This document shows positions 37,730 to 48,953 of a DNA stretch of 64,000 nt, in pieces. How positions within the stretch are numbered: position 1 is the first letter of the stretch; each line of letters opens with the position of its first letter. The stretch comes from an uncultured Candidatus Saccharibacteria bacterium. Its GTDB lineage: Bacteria > Patescibacteriota > Minisyncoccia > Phycocordibacterales > UBA9973. The DNA lies in the NCBI GenBank assembly GCA_964432275.1, contig CAYSMH010000003.1:6718-70717 (forward strand), in the 5' to 3' direction. Made by a program: the position numbers and the translations under genes. The notes beneath the pieces were generated by a model. The model had not been told where the DNA came from. It saw nothing but the letters and a program-made list of their open reading frames with translations, and ran no database searches.

Positions 37730-37932
37730 AGACCGTACTCGAAAATTGCGAAAAAAGGCTATTTTGTACAAAATAGGCGATTACTTATTCAGGTAATCGC
37801 CTATTATTATTTTCGATATATTATTTAAAAATTAGATCCGAATGTGAGATGCTGTTCTAAATATAGTGAAATAAAAAACCACATTGATAATATCAATGTG
37901 GTAATACGATTATGCGGGTAGGCTGGTCATGT

Positions 37933-38343
37933 TTAGTAAGCCGTACTTAATCTTCCATTTTTTTTCAATACATAACAGCAAAAATCAAATACTATAAGAG
38001 TTACAAAACAGTTAAACAAAATGTTAGTACTGGTAAATGTATTCTTAGAATAATAGATTATTTCTATAATTATAGAAAACGGAATTACAGAAAATAGAAG
38101 AACTGCACGGTTATTTTTTCCACCAACAAACACTATAAGCATGTAGATACTCATAGATACGAAAAAATGGGTTACGGTTAACGCGATGAATGCAAAAGTA
38201 AAACTCACAATCTCAGTAGTCATACTAACCGGAGGATCTGATTTACAATAGTTAAATACAGAGGGAATTGTGTAAATTCCAAGATTTACGATTACCAACC
38301 ATAGAGCCACCCAAAGGGGTATTTTTGAAAGTAACTTTTTCAT
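37933..38343 (-). CDS. Polytopic membrane hypothetical protein
   Basis: Four hydrophobic helices. Confidence 0.35.
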   Translation of the reverse strand: MKKLLSKIPLWVALWLVIVNLGIYTIPSVFNYCKSDPPVSMTTEIVSFTFAFIALTVTHFFVSMSIYMLIVFVGGKNNRAVLLFSVIPFSIIIEIIYYSKNTFTSTNILFNCFVTLIVFDFCCYVLKKNGRLSTAY

Positions 38344-38532
38344 TTGTTTGATTATTTAATTGTTAGATTTATTGAGCCATCTCTAATCCCAATAAGGAGC
38401 AGGGAAAACCCAACAAAATCAACACTAAATAACCGAATATATCGAAGAACTACTATAGTTATATAATAGCATGAATAATAAGAAAAGTCAATAAAAGCGC
38501 TCCGAACCTTAGAGGATATTCAGATTTAATAA

Positions 38533-39672
38533 CTACTCCACTTTCAATCTCCTCGTATACACCATCGCCGCTACCAATAAAGCTGCGAGGACAGCAAATA
38601 GGAGTCGCATGTCGCCGATTGCGAGTACGAGTGCGCCGGCCAGTGGTGCAATGATATAGGCAAGTGGGAGCGTCATACGAAGTGTGCTGATGAGAGCAGT
38701 GTCGCGTTCGGTGACGTGTTTGAAAAACGCACTCTCTCCAGCGACCTCTACGATACTCGCTCCGACACGTGTAAGGAAAAGGATCGCTGCGAAAACAACA
38801 GCCTTGGTCGGGAGTGGGAGTGCAAGGAGGAGGGTCGCAAGTGCGGTGATCGCAAAGCCTAGGCGCAAGAGGTGTGGTTCGTTGTTGTACCGGTCAGCTA
38901 CCTTGCCAGTCCAGTATTGAAACAGTACAAACGGCAGCAGCATGACTGAGAGGATGATACCGATCGTACCGAGACCAAACCCGAGACTACTGAGGTATGG
39001 TGTCATGTAGAGCACCATCCATGCAAAGAAAAACTGCATGACGAAGTACAGCGTGACGATGCGCCGTGCATATGGGTGTACTACGAGTGCATGGAACGAC
39101 TCGGTAAATGATAGTCGCGGCACGTGTGTGTCGCGTGGAACCCGTGAGGTGGAGCTGATCACGATCAATGAGACAAAGATCGCTATCGCTCCGGCTATGT
39201 ACATGCCCGTAAATCCTACCGTACCCGCGATTAGACTCGCTGCCATGGGTGCGATCACCCAGCCGGCGTTGTTGAGTGTGAGGTAGAGCCCGCGGATGTT
39301 GCCGGTGTTGTGCACGCGACTGTAGTGCTCGATCACAAGATCAAAACCGTACCAGATAATCGTGTTGAGTGAGAAATATAGTACAAACAGCGCGACAAAT
39401 GCATTGTCGGTCGTACTCGTCCCAAGCAGTCCGAGCAATACTCCCGCCACGGCGAGTACCGCGATCAAGAACCTGCTGGAGCCCATACGTCGCACGAGGT
39501 TGCCCGCACCGATCAGGAGTACAAATGATAGTGCAGACGCTACGGTGTACGCCACCGTCATGCCTTGTGCACTCGTGTGGAGTGCAAGTGCTGTCGTGTT
39601 GAGGTACGACAGGAGTGCCAGATGTAGCGAGAAGAAAAATGATGCAAGAAAGACTGGTCGAAGTGGATGCAT
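38533..39672 (-). CDS. MFS transporter
   Basis: About 12 TM helices with the MFS motif-A-like loop (GNLVRRMG). Confidence 0.6.
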   Translation of the reverse strand: MHPLRPVFLASFFFSLHLALLSYLNTTALALHTSAQGMTVAYTVASALSFVLLIGAGNLVRRMGSSRFLIAVLAVAGVLLGLLGTSTTDNAFVALFVLYFSLNTIIWYGFDLVIEHYSRVHNTGNIRGLYLTLNNAGWVIAPMAASLIAGTVGFTGMYIAGAIAIFVSLIVISSTSRVPRDTHVPRLSFTESFHALVVHPYARRIVTLYFVMQFFFAWMVLYMTPYLSSLGFGLGTIGIILSVMLLPFVLFQYWTGKVADRYNNEPHLLRLGFAITALATLLLALPLPTKAVVFAAILFLTRVGASIVEVAGESAFFKHVTERDTALISTLRMTLPLAYIIAPLAGALVLAIGDMRLLFAVLAALLVAAMVYTRRLKVE

Positions 39673-39673
39673 A

Positions 39674-41539
39674 CTAGAGTACTAGTATAACAGGGATCAC
39701 GAGTGGACGCTTTGCGGTCTTTTGTAGCAAGTACTTGCTCACGGTTTCTGCAACAGTGTTTTTGAGGTTCTCGAGGTTGTTGGGATCCATTTGCTTGGAG
39801 TAGGTCTCGATCGTGCGTTTGGTGAGGATACGAGTTTGGCGCAAAAGTTCTTGGTTTTCTTTGAGGTAGACAAACCCACGAGAGATAATGTCGGGAGATT
39901 TGCGGAGCATACCAGTTTGACTATTGATCACTGCCATCACTACAAACATACCGTCTTCTGCAAGCATCTGGCGATCTCGAATAACGACGTTTTGCTCATC
40001 ACCGACTGAGAAGCCGTCGACCATCATAGGACTTGATGGAGCCTTTTCTTTACGAACACCGATCTTGGTACCACCGTGAGTGATTTCAATAATAGATCCG
40101 TTGTCTGGGACCACAATGTGATCTTCGGGCATACCGAGCTCCATAGCGAGCTCTTTGTGCAGCTCGAGGTGGTAGTGGTTGCCGTGAATAGGGATAAAGA
40201 ATTTCGCATGCATTTTGCGGTGGAGCCATTTGATATCTTCTTTGTTGCCGTGACCGGTCGCGTGAACGAAGTCTTCACCAGGAGTACGGTATGAGATGAT
40301 CTTGACGCCTTGGCGAGAGAGACCGTCTTTCATTGCTTGGACTGAGCGCTCATTTCCGGGAACGACTGATGCTGAGAGAATAATGCGATCTCCTTTACGT
40401 AGTACGAGTTTCTTGTTGGTTTTGTTTGCGGCACGATTGAGTGCGCCAAACTCTTCTCCTTGCGCACCTGTGATGAGCACGAGGATACGATCTGGTGGGT
40501 ATTTGTCGATGTCTTCGATTGGGATGATTGTACCTTTTTGTGGCTTGAGTAATCCTGCTTGGATGATGACGTCAATGTTAGTTTTCATTGATCGGCCTTC
40601 TACTACGATCTTTTTCCCAAGCTCTTCAGCAATCTGTACAATTTTGATTAGACGAGTGATGTGAGATGCAAACGCGGCGATGAGGATACGGTTGTTTTTC
40701 TCACGACGCAAGATAGCCTCGATACCTTGGTGTACTTTGATTTCGGCGAGAGAGAATCCTTCGTTTTCGATGTTGGTCGAATCAGTCATCAAAAGTAGGT
40801 TATTTGCATTATCAAACTGTGCATACTCTTTTTCTTCACTTTCAGAAACAACACCATCGATTTGGTCGAGTTTGTAGTCACCAGGAGTCACAATGTTGCC
40901 ATATGGTGTTTCGATAATGATACCCATAGAGTCTGGGATCGTGTGGGTTACGCCCCAAAACCGAACAACAAGGTTGCCAATAGTCACAGTCTGATCCTTT
41001 TCCACAATAACAGGGTTCATTGGTGGCAGGTGAGAAAACTCTGCTTGACGCTTTTGTGTCATCAGTACGGTGAGGTTACGAGAATACACAGGCGGGTTGC
41101 CGATACGAGAGAGTACTAGTGGTACGCCACCGATGTGGTCAAGGTGACCGTGGGTGATGATGAGTGCGCGAATCTTTTCTTTGCGCTCTTCGAGATAGCG
41201 AGTGTTGGGGATCACGTAGTCGATACCAGGAGTTGATTCGTTGGAGAACGACATACCTGCGTCGATGACGATGATATCGTTACCGATTTCGATAGCAGTC
41301 ATGTTTTTGCCGATTTCTTCGACACCTCCAAGTGGAATGATACGAATCACACCTTCCTCTGGTGCGGGAATATGCGCGGTTTTGCGATCAGTGGGTTCTG
41401 CCATCACGTCGATAGGTCCTCCTGGGTGTGGTGGTTTGCGACCACGGTCAAATGCTCGACGATTTCCAAATCGTTTTGGTTTTGAAAAAGGTTTTTTAGG
41501 TGTTGTAGGGGTTGGTTTAGTGTGTGTTGTGTGTTCCAT
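39674..41539 (-). CDS. rnj: Ribonuclease J (metallo-beta-lactamase / beta-CASP) with basic Pro/Lys-rich N-terminal extension
   Basis: HGHLDHIGGVP motif, beta-CASP motifs and C-terminal domain. ~60-aa basic N-terminal tail. Confidence 0.85.
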   Translation of the reverse strand: MEHTTHTKPTPTTPKKPFSKPKRFGNRRAFDRGRKPPHPGGPIDVMAEPTDRKTAHIPAPEEGVIRIIPLGGVEEIGKNMTAIEIGNDIIVIDAGMSFSNESTPGIDYVIPNTRYLEERKEKIRALIITHGHLDHIGGVPLVLSRIGNPPVYSRNLTVLMTQKRQAEFSHLPPMNPVIVEKDQTVTIGNLVVRFWGVTHTIPDSMGIIIETPYGNIVTPGDYKLDQIDGVVSESEEKEYAQFDNANNLLLMTDSTNIENEGFSLAEIKVHQGIEAILRREKNNRILIAAFASHITRLIKIVQIAEELGKKIVVEGRSMKTNIDVIIQAGLLKPQKGTIIPIEDIDKYPPDRILVLITGAQGEEFGALNRAANKTNKKLVLRKGDRIILSASVVPGNERSVQAMKDGLSRQGVKIISYRTPGEDFVHATGHGNKEDIKWLHRKMHAKFFIPIHGNHYHLELHKELAMELGMPEDHIVVPDNGSIIEITHGGTKIGVRKEKAPSSPMMVDGFSVGDEQNVVIRDRQMLAEDGMFVVMAVINSQTGMLRKSPDIISRGFVYLKENQELLRQTRILTKRTIETYSKQMDPNNLENLKNTVAETVSKYLLQKTAKRPLVIPVILVL

Positions 41540-41542
41540 ATA

Positions 41543-42940
41543 TTATTTGTTGAAAATTTTCCATACATTGTTGGTCCGTACATACCAGCGTGCACTGGAT
41601 CTGTATCGATCTCCACCAGGCTGTGCAGGTAGGTCGATAGAGATGGATCGGCGACGAATCAGGGGTGTTGTAGGTGTATAGAGTGGGACTGCTAAGGTAT
41701 ATCCTGATGGTATATCGCGTGTGCTCAATGAATCTAAAAAGAGTGCGTATCGAGCATTGCGTACATCATCCTGAAACAGACCACGGTCAAATGCTTGGAT
41801 AGTCAGCGTACTGCCACTAGCAGCGAGTTGGTCGCGTAGTGCGTATGCTACTGCAAGCACAGTAGGGTCGTTGAGTACTGCCATCGAGAAATCAGGAGGC
41901 GTAGTCTCAGGAGTGTTTGTTGGAGTACCTGTAGGTATTCCATAACCAAACTCTATGGTATCAACGATTTGGTTTTTGTCAATCGTACTATCAACTACAG
42001 CTAGTGACGAACGTGACATATCACTGCGAGCATAGATTCCAACTGTCATTCCTGTGTCGATTGGTGTTTGTTCGTAGCCGGATATCATGGCTGCTGTTTG
42101 AGGTGTCGCTGCAAAAGTCATGTCAATATCACGCGCATTGAGCGCAGAGAGAAGTGCTGTTTGGTTTGCGAAAAACATGATTTGGTATGTATCAATGTAT
42201 GCTTTGTCGTGCGTGTAGTGTTTGTTGCGCTTGAGTGTTACAGAAGTGGTGATGCCATTGGTTTCGGTACGGGTCCGCCATACAAATGGTCCAGATCCTA
42301 TAGGTGCAAGGGTGTATGGCGAGACTTCCATAGATGTACCGCCTTGATCCCATACGTGCATCGGGATGATGCCGATAGTTGCAAGTTGTAAAAATGAAGC
42401 ATTGGGTGCAGGTAGTGTGACAACTACTGTTTGCGGGTCTGGTGCGGTGGTGACAACACCTCGCCAGTCTGCATCGGTCAGAGCAAGTGTATCGAAAGTG
42501 AACGTTACGTCAGCACTTGTTAATGATATGCCGTCGCTCCATTTAAGATCAGGGCGTAACGTAAATGTATAGGTGGTACCATTTGGAGATACTGTATATG
42601 ACATTGCAAGGTCTTCCTCAACATCGTCATTGGTTTTGCGTAGTAGTCCGCTATAGAGGAGCTGTACGAGTGCTCGGTCTGTCTCTGTGGTTGCAAGCAG
42701 TGGATGTACGAGTCGTGGTGCGCCGATCATACCTTCGACTAGTGTGCCTCCACGAGCGGGGATAGTGGTTAAAAAGCTTTGGTTGATAGAAAGTATAAGT
42801 ATGTATAGTGATATCAGTATTGCGATACCAAATGTATACAACCCAACACCATACCACGACAGTGGTCGAGCGAGTACACGACGAAGTGTGTCGCGTGAGG
42901 GAAGTTTGTGTGTAGTGAGAAATGAAAAAAAGGTCGCCAT
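41543..42940 (-). CDS. ABC transporter substrate-binding protein, family 5 (peptide/nickel type), membrane-anchored
   Basis: SBP_bac_5-like sequence pattern with an N-terminal TM anchor. Confidence 0.55.
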   Translation of the reverse strand: MATFFSFLTTHKLPSRDTLRRVLARPLSWYGVGLYTFGIAILISLYILILSINQSFLTTIPARGGTLVEGMIGAPRLVHPLLATTETDRALVQLLYSGLLRKTNDDVEEDLAMSYTVSPNGTTYTFTLRPDLKWSDGISLTSADVTFTFDTLALTDADWRGVVTTAPDPQTVVVTLPAPNASFLQLATIGIIPMHVWDQGGTSMEVSPYTLAPIGSGPFVWRTRTETNGITTSVTLKRNKHYTHDKAYIDTYQIMFFANQTALLSALNARDIDMTFAATPQTAAMISGYEQTPIDTGMTVGIYARSDMSRSSLAVVDSTIDKNQIVDTIEFGYGIPTGTPTNTPETTPPDFSMAVLNDPTVLAVAYALRDQLAASGSTLTIQAFDRGLFQDDVRNARYALFLDSLSTRDIPSGYTLAVPLYTPTTPLIRRRSISIDLPAQPGGDRYRSSARWYVRTNNVWKIFNK

Positions 42941-42970
42941 GAAATAAGGCTCACCTAAGTATCTGTAGAA

Positions 42971-43189
42971 CTACAGGACAATAACCGCAAGACTAGATCC
43001 TGCGAAAACAACTGCAGCACTAACTGTCAGGATAAAAAGCAGACGCTCTGCTCCGCGACGTGTCTGGAAAAATGATAGGGAATCGCCCCCAAGTGATGTG
43101 CCGCTGTCGCCTTGTGAACGTTGAAGGAGGACAAGAACGATAAGTGCGATACTTGAGATAATCTGAATGAGATGCAGTGTGTATGTCAT
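42971..43189 (-). CDS. secG: Preprotein translocase subunit SecG
   Basis: ~73 aa, two TM helices, LLQ...GG...F motif. The ORF-track start was trimmed to MTYTLHL. Confidence 0.6.
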   Translation of the reverse strand: MTYTLHLIQIISSIALIVLVLLQRSQGDSGTSLGGDSLSFFQTRRGAERLLFILTVSAAVVFAGSSLAVIVL

Positions 43190-43256
43190 AGGTGAAACGT
43201 GATAAGTATAACAGAAAAGAATATAAACGCGATTATTGACAAAAATCAATAGTATT

Positions 43257-44258
43257 TTATTTCGACAAGCTTTCGATCAGGCGTTTGCCTTGCTCAAACA
43301 TATCAAGCACAGGAATACCTTCTTTTGAGAGAAGTACTGAGGTGAAGTCGTATGTTGTAGGAGTACCTTTTTCTAGTGTCGCAGTCAGTATACCTGAGAC
43401 ACCGAGTGTATCACTGACGACGAGTCGGCCACCTCCGACGAAGTTGCCGAGTGAATACGCAATAGGTACACCTCGGTACACCTCTATTTTGCGCAGGACA
43501 TGTGGGCCTGCACCGAGTACGAGGTCTGCACCTGCGTCTATCGCAGTGTACGCGACTTGTTGGACATTACCGCGATCTTCACTGCCTACATATTCATTTA
43601 CACCTGGTACATCTGTTTTATTTACACCTTCTGCACCACCATGGAAAATGACGATAACGAAGTCATTAGTTTCTTTGAGTTTCGCAACTTCGCGCGCAAT
43701 GAAGTCGTAGTCAGTAATAGTACGCGCGGGTTCAGTACTTGAGAGTCCCAGTATCCCAATCTTTTTATCTTTTATAACGATACTTGTAGAAGGATTGGTA
43801 GGAGAAATATACGGGATACCAACTTCGTTGAGCACTCGTTCCGTATCAGTGAGTCCTTCGGAGAAATAATCGTATGAGTGATTGTTGACGAGCGATACGA
43901 AATCAAAGCCCGCATCGGAGAGTGCGTATGCAAATGATGGATCTCCGCGAAATGCATGGCACATACTAGATAGATAGATGCATTTGTCCATGCGCCCCTC
44001 AGCTGCAAAAGTCCCTTCGAGGTTGCCTATCATAAGATCGGGTTTATTGAGTACATGGCGTACTGTCGCAAATGCGCGGTAGTTGTAGTCTCTGTCACTA
44101 CTCGGAACCATGTCGCCGACCCAACCGATTGTGATGTTGGTAGGTCTCGGTGCTGGCGTAATAAAGACGCTCGTAGGTGCTTGTGCCCATAATGCACCAG
44201 TGCCGATGATGCCAGCGATGATTACGAGAGCAATGATAGAACGAAGAGTCGTGCGCAT
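43257..44258 (-). CDS. CapA-family metallophosphoesterase (poly-gamma-glutamate / capsule biosynthesis type)
   Basis: Metallophosphatase motifs (GNLE, NNH, GGAEG) in CapA order, with a signal anchor. Confidence 0.65.
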   Translation of the reverse strand: MRTTLRSIIALVIIAGIIGTGALWAQAPTSVFITPAPRPTNITIGWVGDMVPSSDRDYNYRAFATVRHVLNKPDLMIGNLEGTFAAEGRMDKCIYLSSMCHAFRGDPSFAYALSDAGFDFVSLVNNHSYDYFSEGLTDTERVLNEVGIPYISPTNPSTSIVIKDKKIGILGLSSTEPARTITDYDFIAREVAKLKETNDFVIVIFHGGAEGVNKTDVPGVNEYVGSEDRGNVQQVAYTAIDAGADLVLGAGPHVLRKIEVYRGVPIAYSLGNFVGGGRLVVSDTLGVSGILTATLEKGTPTTYDFTSVLLSKEGIPVLDMFEQGKRLIESLSK

Positions 44259-44260
44259 AC

Positions 44261-46192
44261 TTATACGAGAGCGTAGTCGAGCAGTCGCTTCACAATATCA
44301 GCGTTGGTTACCTTGAATCGTACGCTGTCTCCAATACGAAACTCTTTACGAGTTTTGCGACCGACGATTGTCATTTCTTTTTCTCGGTACTCAAAGTAGT
44401 CGTTCCCAATATCGCGCAGGCGAACCATACCTTCACACTTTGTTTCTTTTTCTTCGACGAAAATACCGTTAGGGGAGACACCAGTGATCGTACCGTTAAA
44501 TACTTGTCCAACTCGGGTCGACATATACTCTACTTGCTTGTACTTAATAGATGCGCGTTCTGCATCAGCCGCTTCTTTTTCGCGTATAGACGAATGACTA
44601 CAGACTCGGTCGTAGTATTCCCACATTTCTTTAGGGATCGTACCGTTTGCGAGGTAGTGTGTCAGTAGTCGATGTACGATCGTGTCTGGGTATCGACGAA
44701 TAGGGGACGTGAAGTGTGTATAGAACTCAAAGGCGAGCCCATAGTGACCGATATTTTTCGTACTATAGATAGCTTTTGCCATAGATCGGACGATGGCGGT
44801 CTGGATTGTTTCTTTTTCAGGTTTACCGTCAAGAGACTGCACGAGTTCGTTGAGCGCACGTGCGGGAATGATACCTTCATCGTTTACTTTGAGGTTGTAC
44901 CCCATGCGCTTGAGGAATGTTTTGAGGTCTTCCATGCGTTCAGGGTCAGGGTTGTCGTGGACTCGGTAGACAAAGACGCGACTGTTATCCTTATCACCCT
45001 TGGTGATGAACTCCGCGACTTTGCGATTGGCGAGCAACATGAGCTCTTCGATCATGTGGTGTGTTTGACCTCGTTCTTTGACGTATGCAGACAACGGTAT
45101 CCCATTTTCATCGAGCTTGAACTTCACTTCAACCGTGTCCAGTACCATTGCTCCAGCAGCAAAGCGTTTCTTTTCTAAATCCTGCGCGATCGTAAGCGCC
45201 GCTTCGAGTTCTTTCAAAAATGGACCATCTTTAGTATCCAAGACTTTTTGTGCATTTTCGTAGGTAAATCGCTGGTGGGAGTGGATCACTGTTTTGCCGT
45301 ACCATTCATCAACGACGTTCATCTGTTTATTAATAACAAACACTGCTGACATGGTGAGACGATCTACGTCGGGATTGAGCGAACAGAGATCGTTTGAGAG
45401 TGCTTCTGGAAGCATGGGGATTGTACGGTCGACGAGATAGACAGATGTTGCGCGGCGGTATGCTTCTGCATCGAGCGCAGTGTCGGGGCGCACATAGTGT
45501 GAGACATCTGCGATGTGGATACCTATTTCTACCTTACCTTCATCGAGGAACTGCACTGAGATTGCATCGTCGAAATCTTTGGCGTCTTCGGGGTCGATGG
45601 TAAATGTCGTGATTTGTCGGAAGTCTCGGCGATTTGCTTTTTCTTCCTCGGTAATACCATGCGCTTTGATTGCCTGAGCTTCTGCATCAACTTGTGGTGG
45701 GTAATCAGTATCAAAGCCTTTTTCAAGTGCAAGTGAGAGCATCTCAGCGTTGTTTTCAAGTGGTTTGCCGAGCACCTTCATCACTTCTCCTGTTGGCGAT
45801 TGCATCGGGTCAGGCCAGTCAGTGATCGCGCAAAACACTTTGTCGCCCTGTTTTGCACCAGCGAGTTTGGAGTCGGGAATAGTGATCGGTGTGTACATGC
45901 GACCATCGTTGGTTACGATGCAGTGAGCACCTTGTTCAAACGAGAGGGTACCGGAGTAGCCGATCTTGGCACGACGAGTGATGTCGATGACCCTGCCATA
46001 CGGGTTGTCATGGTTTACATTAGGGAGTTCGGTAATCTCGACTTTGACGATATCGCCATGAAATGCGCGGTTGAGTGCCTCGCGCGGGACTTCTACTGCC
46101 ATTTTAGGGTCGCGGACCTTTACAAAGCCAATGCCTTTAGTTGATATATTGATCGAACCCTCATATAGAGAGCCTACAGAGACGTTTTCCAT
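44261..46192 (-). CDS. rnr: Ribonuclease R / RNase II family 3'-5' exoribonuclease
   Basis: RNB domain with the DFDDA-type catalytic motif (DAKDFDDAISV) and a C-terminal S1 domain. Confidence 0.85.
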   Translation of the reverse strand: MENVSVGSLYEGSINISTKGIGFVKVRDPKMAVEVPREALNRAFHGDIVKVEITELPNVNHDNPYGRVIDITRRAKIGYSGTLSFEQGAHCIVTNDGRMYTPITIPDSKLAGAKQGDKVFCAITDWPDPMQSPTGEVMKVLGKPLENNAEMLSLALEKGFDTDYPPQVDAEAQAIKAHGITEEEKANRRDFRQITTFTIDPEDAKDFDDAISVQFLDEGKVEIGIHIADVSHYVRPDTALDAEAYRRATSVYLVDRTIPMLPEALSNDLCSLNPDVDRLTMSAVFVINKQMNVVDEWYGKTVIHSHQRFTYENAQKVLDTKDGPFLKELEAALTIAQDLEKKRFAAGAMVLDTVEVKFKLDENGIPLSAYVKERGQTHHMIEELMLLANRKVAEFITKGDKDNSRVFVYRVHDNPDPERMEDLKTFLKRMGYNLKVNDEGIIPARALNELVQSLDGKPEKETIQTAIVRSMAKAIYSTKNIGHYGLAFEFYTHFTSPIRRYPDTIVHRLLTHYLANGTIPKEMWEYYDRVCSHSSIREKEAADAERASIKYKQVEYMSTRVGQVFNGTITGVSPNGIFVEEKETKCEGMVRLRDIGNDYFEYREKEMTIVGRKTRKEFRIGDSVRFKVTNADIVKRLLDYALV

Positions 46193-46258
46193 GGAGACAC
46201 TTTATCATGAGAGTTTTGTATTGCATAATCTCGAACTTCCTGCTATTATCTGCCCTAC

Positions 46259-46564
46259 ATGTTAAAGATCAGATTACAACGTATCGGACGCAAGAACGCA
46301 CCAGCTTTTCGCCTGGTTGTTACCGATAGCAAAAACGCTGCACAGAGCGGGAAGTTTCTCGAGATTTTGGGTACCCATACTGTGAAAAATGATGCAGTCG
46401 CATTTGATGGTGACCGCGTCAAACACTGGATCAAAAACGGTGCACAGGTTTCTGCTACTGCACACAACATGCTTGTGAAGGCAGGTATCATCGAAAGTAA
46501 AAAGAAAAATGTGTTACCTAAAAAAGCTCCAACTGTAAAACGAAAAGAACTCAAGAAGAAATAA
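46259..46564 (+). CDS. rpsP: 30S ribosomal protein S16
   Basis: MLKIRLQRIGRKNAPAFRLVV start, characteristic of S16, with a Lys-rich tail. Confidence 0.9.
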   Translation: MLKIRLQRIGRKNAPAFRLVVTDSKNAAQSGKFLEILGTHTVKNDAVAFDGDRVKHWIKNGAQVSATAHNMLVKAGIIESKKKNVLPKKAPTVKRKELKKK

Positions 46565-46624
46565 TAACATCCCCACATCGGGGATTTTATTTTATAGCAA
46601 GACTTTCGGTATATACTATTTAGT

Positions 46625-48910
46625 ATGAATAAAAAATATGTAGCTTGCCTTCTTTTTCTAGCTTTCTTTTTTCCGCAGGTAGCTGATGCACTGACTTTGT
46701 CACCACAACTTATACAAAAAAACTCTCCGGCTATTATAAAAGAAATTGACCCTTCTATGGTCTCCTATGGCCTCATAAAGAACCCTGTAGTTCGTACGGT
46801 ACAAGAGCGACTTCAGCAGCTCGGGTACTATCAAGGTACACTTGATGGAAGTTATGGCAAACTCACTGTGAGGGCGGTTGCTGCATTTCAAAAGACACGC
46901 AGTATTGCAGGAAACGGTACGGTAGTTGATATAACAACACTCAAGGCACTCACCAGTACAACAACTCAACCCGAAAAAATACTTGTTCTCGGAGGTGGAC
47001 CAGCAGCAACTCCAGGAAGTGATCTTAATGATATATACGCAACCAGTGATATGAACAACTGGTCGCTCATATCTGCAAATAATCCTACGACTACGACCAA
47101 ATGGTCGACTCGTGTAGATCCTGGTATGGCGTATATGAACGGCATGTTCTATCTTGTCGGTGGAGGACCAGGCAACTGCTGTGGGGATATGGATCGTGGA
47201 GACGTATGGTCGTCAGCAGATGGGATGTCTTGGACCAAGCTCACGAGTAGTGCGCCTTTTATCGGGAGAAATATTCTTCATCCTGCTGTACTCAATAACA
47301 AGATGTATGTTATTGAAACGAGCTCAACTGCAGGGTCTGGTACGTCTGGACCTCGAGTCTGGTCATCAGCCGATGGTGCGACATGGGTACTAGTCACGAG
47401 TAGTGCAGCGTTTGGGCAGGTGTATCAGCCGACAGCTGTCGCATTTAATGGCAAACTCTACGTGATTAGTGGTCAACAAGGGGTAAATACACTTGCCAAT
47501 GTGTGGTCATCTGTCGATGGGGCTACTTGGACCAAGGTTTCAACGACAGGACCACAAACTGCACAAGCTCGTGCGTATGTATACAACGGCAAACTCTATG
47601 TGATTGGTGGATACCGATCGGGTAGTCCTACAAACTCAGTCTGGTCGTCACCCGACGGGGTAAGTTGGACACTTGTCACCAACGCTATGGCAACACAACT
47701 TAGCCTCAATCCGACAAGTGGCACCATCAATGCAGCAGTAGTTGCTGGAGGAAAAATGTGGGTCGCCGCCAAGTCTGACAATGCAGCATCTGAAAAAATG
47801 TATTCATCTACTGATGGGGCAACATGGACACCTGCATGTACCGCGGTCAACTGGCAATGGCCATCGCGGACAAACTTCGGCATGATTTCAAATGGCGGTA
47901 CACCAAGTAGTGTTGATCCATGTACAACACAATCAGGAATTACCAACACCATTCTCTTTATGGGTGGAGGTAACGAGCAAAATGGATATCGGTCATTCAA
48001 TGATGTATACAACAACACGATACCTGGATGTCTTTCAACTATGGGATATAGTTCTCTCACTGGTCAGTCTTGTACAACAGCAAGCTCGACATGGAATCAA
48101 ATCTCTCCAAGTACAACTAGTGCTTCCAAGTGGTCTGCGCGCCGCAATTTCCAAACACTGCTTTATAACAACCGATATTGGGTGATCGGTGGAGAAACTC
48201 CGACTGGGCTTGCAACAGATGTCTGGAACTCCCTCGATGGAGTCAGTTGGACGCAAGTTGCAACAACTGTTCCGTTTGCAAACTATACGTACTACAAGTC
48301 TATTGTTTTTAATAACAAAATCTATGTAGTAGGTGGCAGATCGTCCGCCAATTCTTCGGTATTTGCCAAGGCATGGTCTACAACGGATGGGGTGACATGG
48401 ACAACAACAACACTCCCATTTCGTGAACGACAAAACCCAACTCTCGGTATGATCAACGGCAAACTCTACGTGATCGGGGGTGTAGAAATTGGAGGCGCAA
48501 AAAGTGATGTGTGGTCCACCGCCAATGGAGTAAGTTGGACACCTATGAATGACTTCCCATACAAGGTCAGTGATGCAAAAATACTCACGTACAACGGCAC
48601 AACACTTATGCTTGGCGGACTCATATGGGATGCGGCTGGAACTGGTGCATCTTCTACCAAGACTATATGGAAGTATATACCGGCGAGTGATACTTGGAGT
48701 GTGGTAAGTAAAACATTCCCAGCTCCATCAAGTGCGTTTACCGAGATCGATGCGGTTATTGCAAACGGCAAACTATGGGTAAGTGAAGCGCTGTACCAGT
48801 CTGGTCAGCAGCGACTATGGACATCTGCTGATGGAGGTAGTACGTGGACCCTATCAAACATGTCGATACCGTGGTCTCCTCGTCATGCGTACAAGATGAT
48901 TGCAAAATAA
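46625..48910 (+). CDS. Secreted beta-propeller protein with N-terminal peptidoglycan-binding domain and at least nine BNR/Asp-box (S-x-D-G-x-T-W) repeats
   Basis: Signal peptide. The PG_binding_1-like segment (LQQLGYYQGTLDGSYGKLTVRAVAAFQ) is followed by repeated VWSSADG(A/V)(S/T)WT motifs. Confidence 0.7.
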   Translation: MNKKYVACLLFLAFFFPQVADALTLSPQLIQKNSPAIIKEIDPSMVSYGLIKNPVVRTVQERLQQLGYYQGTLDGSYGKLTVRAVAAFQKTRSIAGNGTVVDITTLKALTSTTTQPEKILVLGGGPAATPGSDLNDIYATSDMNNWSLISANNPTTTTKWSTRVDPGMAYMNGMFYLVGGGPGNCCGDMDRGDVWSSADGMSWTKLTSSAPFIGRNILHPAVLNNKMYVIETSSTAGSGTSGPRVWSSADGATWVLVTSSAAFGQVYQPTAVAFNGKLYVISGQQGVNTLANVWSSVDGATWTKVSTTGPQTAQARAYVYNGKLYVIGGYRSGSPTNSVWSSPDGVSWTLVTNAMATQLSLNPTSGTINAAVVAGGKMWVAAKSDNAASEKMYSSTDGATWTPACTAVNWQWPSRTNFGMISNGGTPSSVDPCTTQSGITNTILFMGGGNEQNGYRSFNDVYNNTIPGCLSTMGYSSLTGQSCTTASSTWNQISPSTTSASKWSARRNFQTLLYNNRYWVIGGETPTGLATDVWNSLDGVSWTQVATTVPFANYTYYKSIVFNNKIYVVGGRSSANSSVFAKAWSTTDGVTWTTTTLPFRERQNPTLGMINGKLYVIGGVEIGGAKSDVWSTANGVSWTPMNDFPYKVSDAKILTYNGTTLMLGGLIWDAAGTGASSTKTIWKYIPASDTWSVVSKTFPAPSSAFTEIDAVIANGKLWVSEALYQSGQQRLWTSADGGSTWTLSNMSIPWSPRHAYKMIAK

Positions 48911-48953
48911 TTTGCTATACTGGTAGTATTAGTATCTAAGTACCATATACATT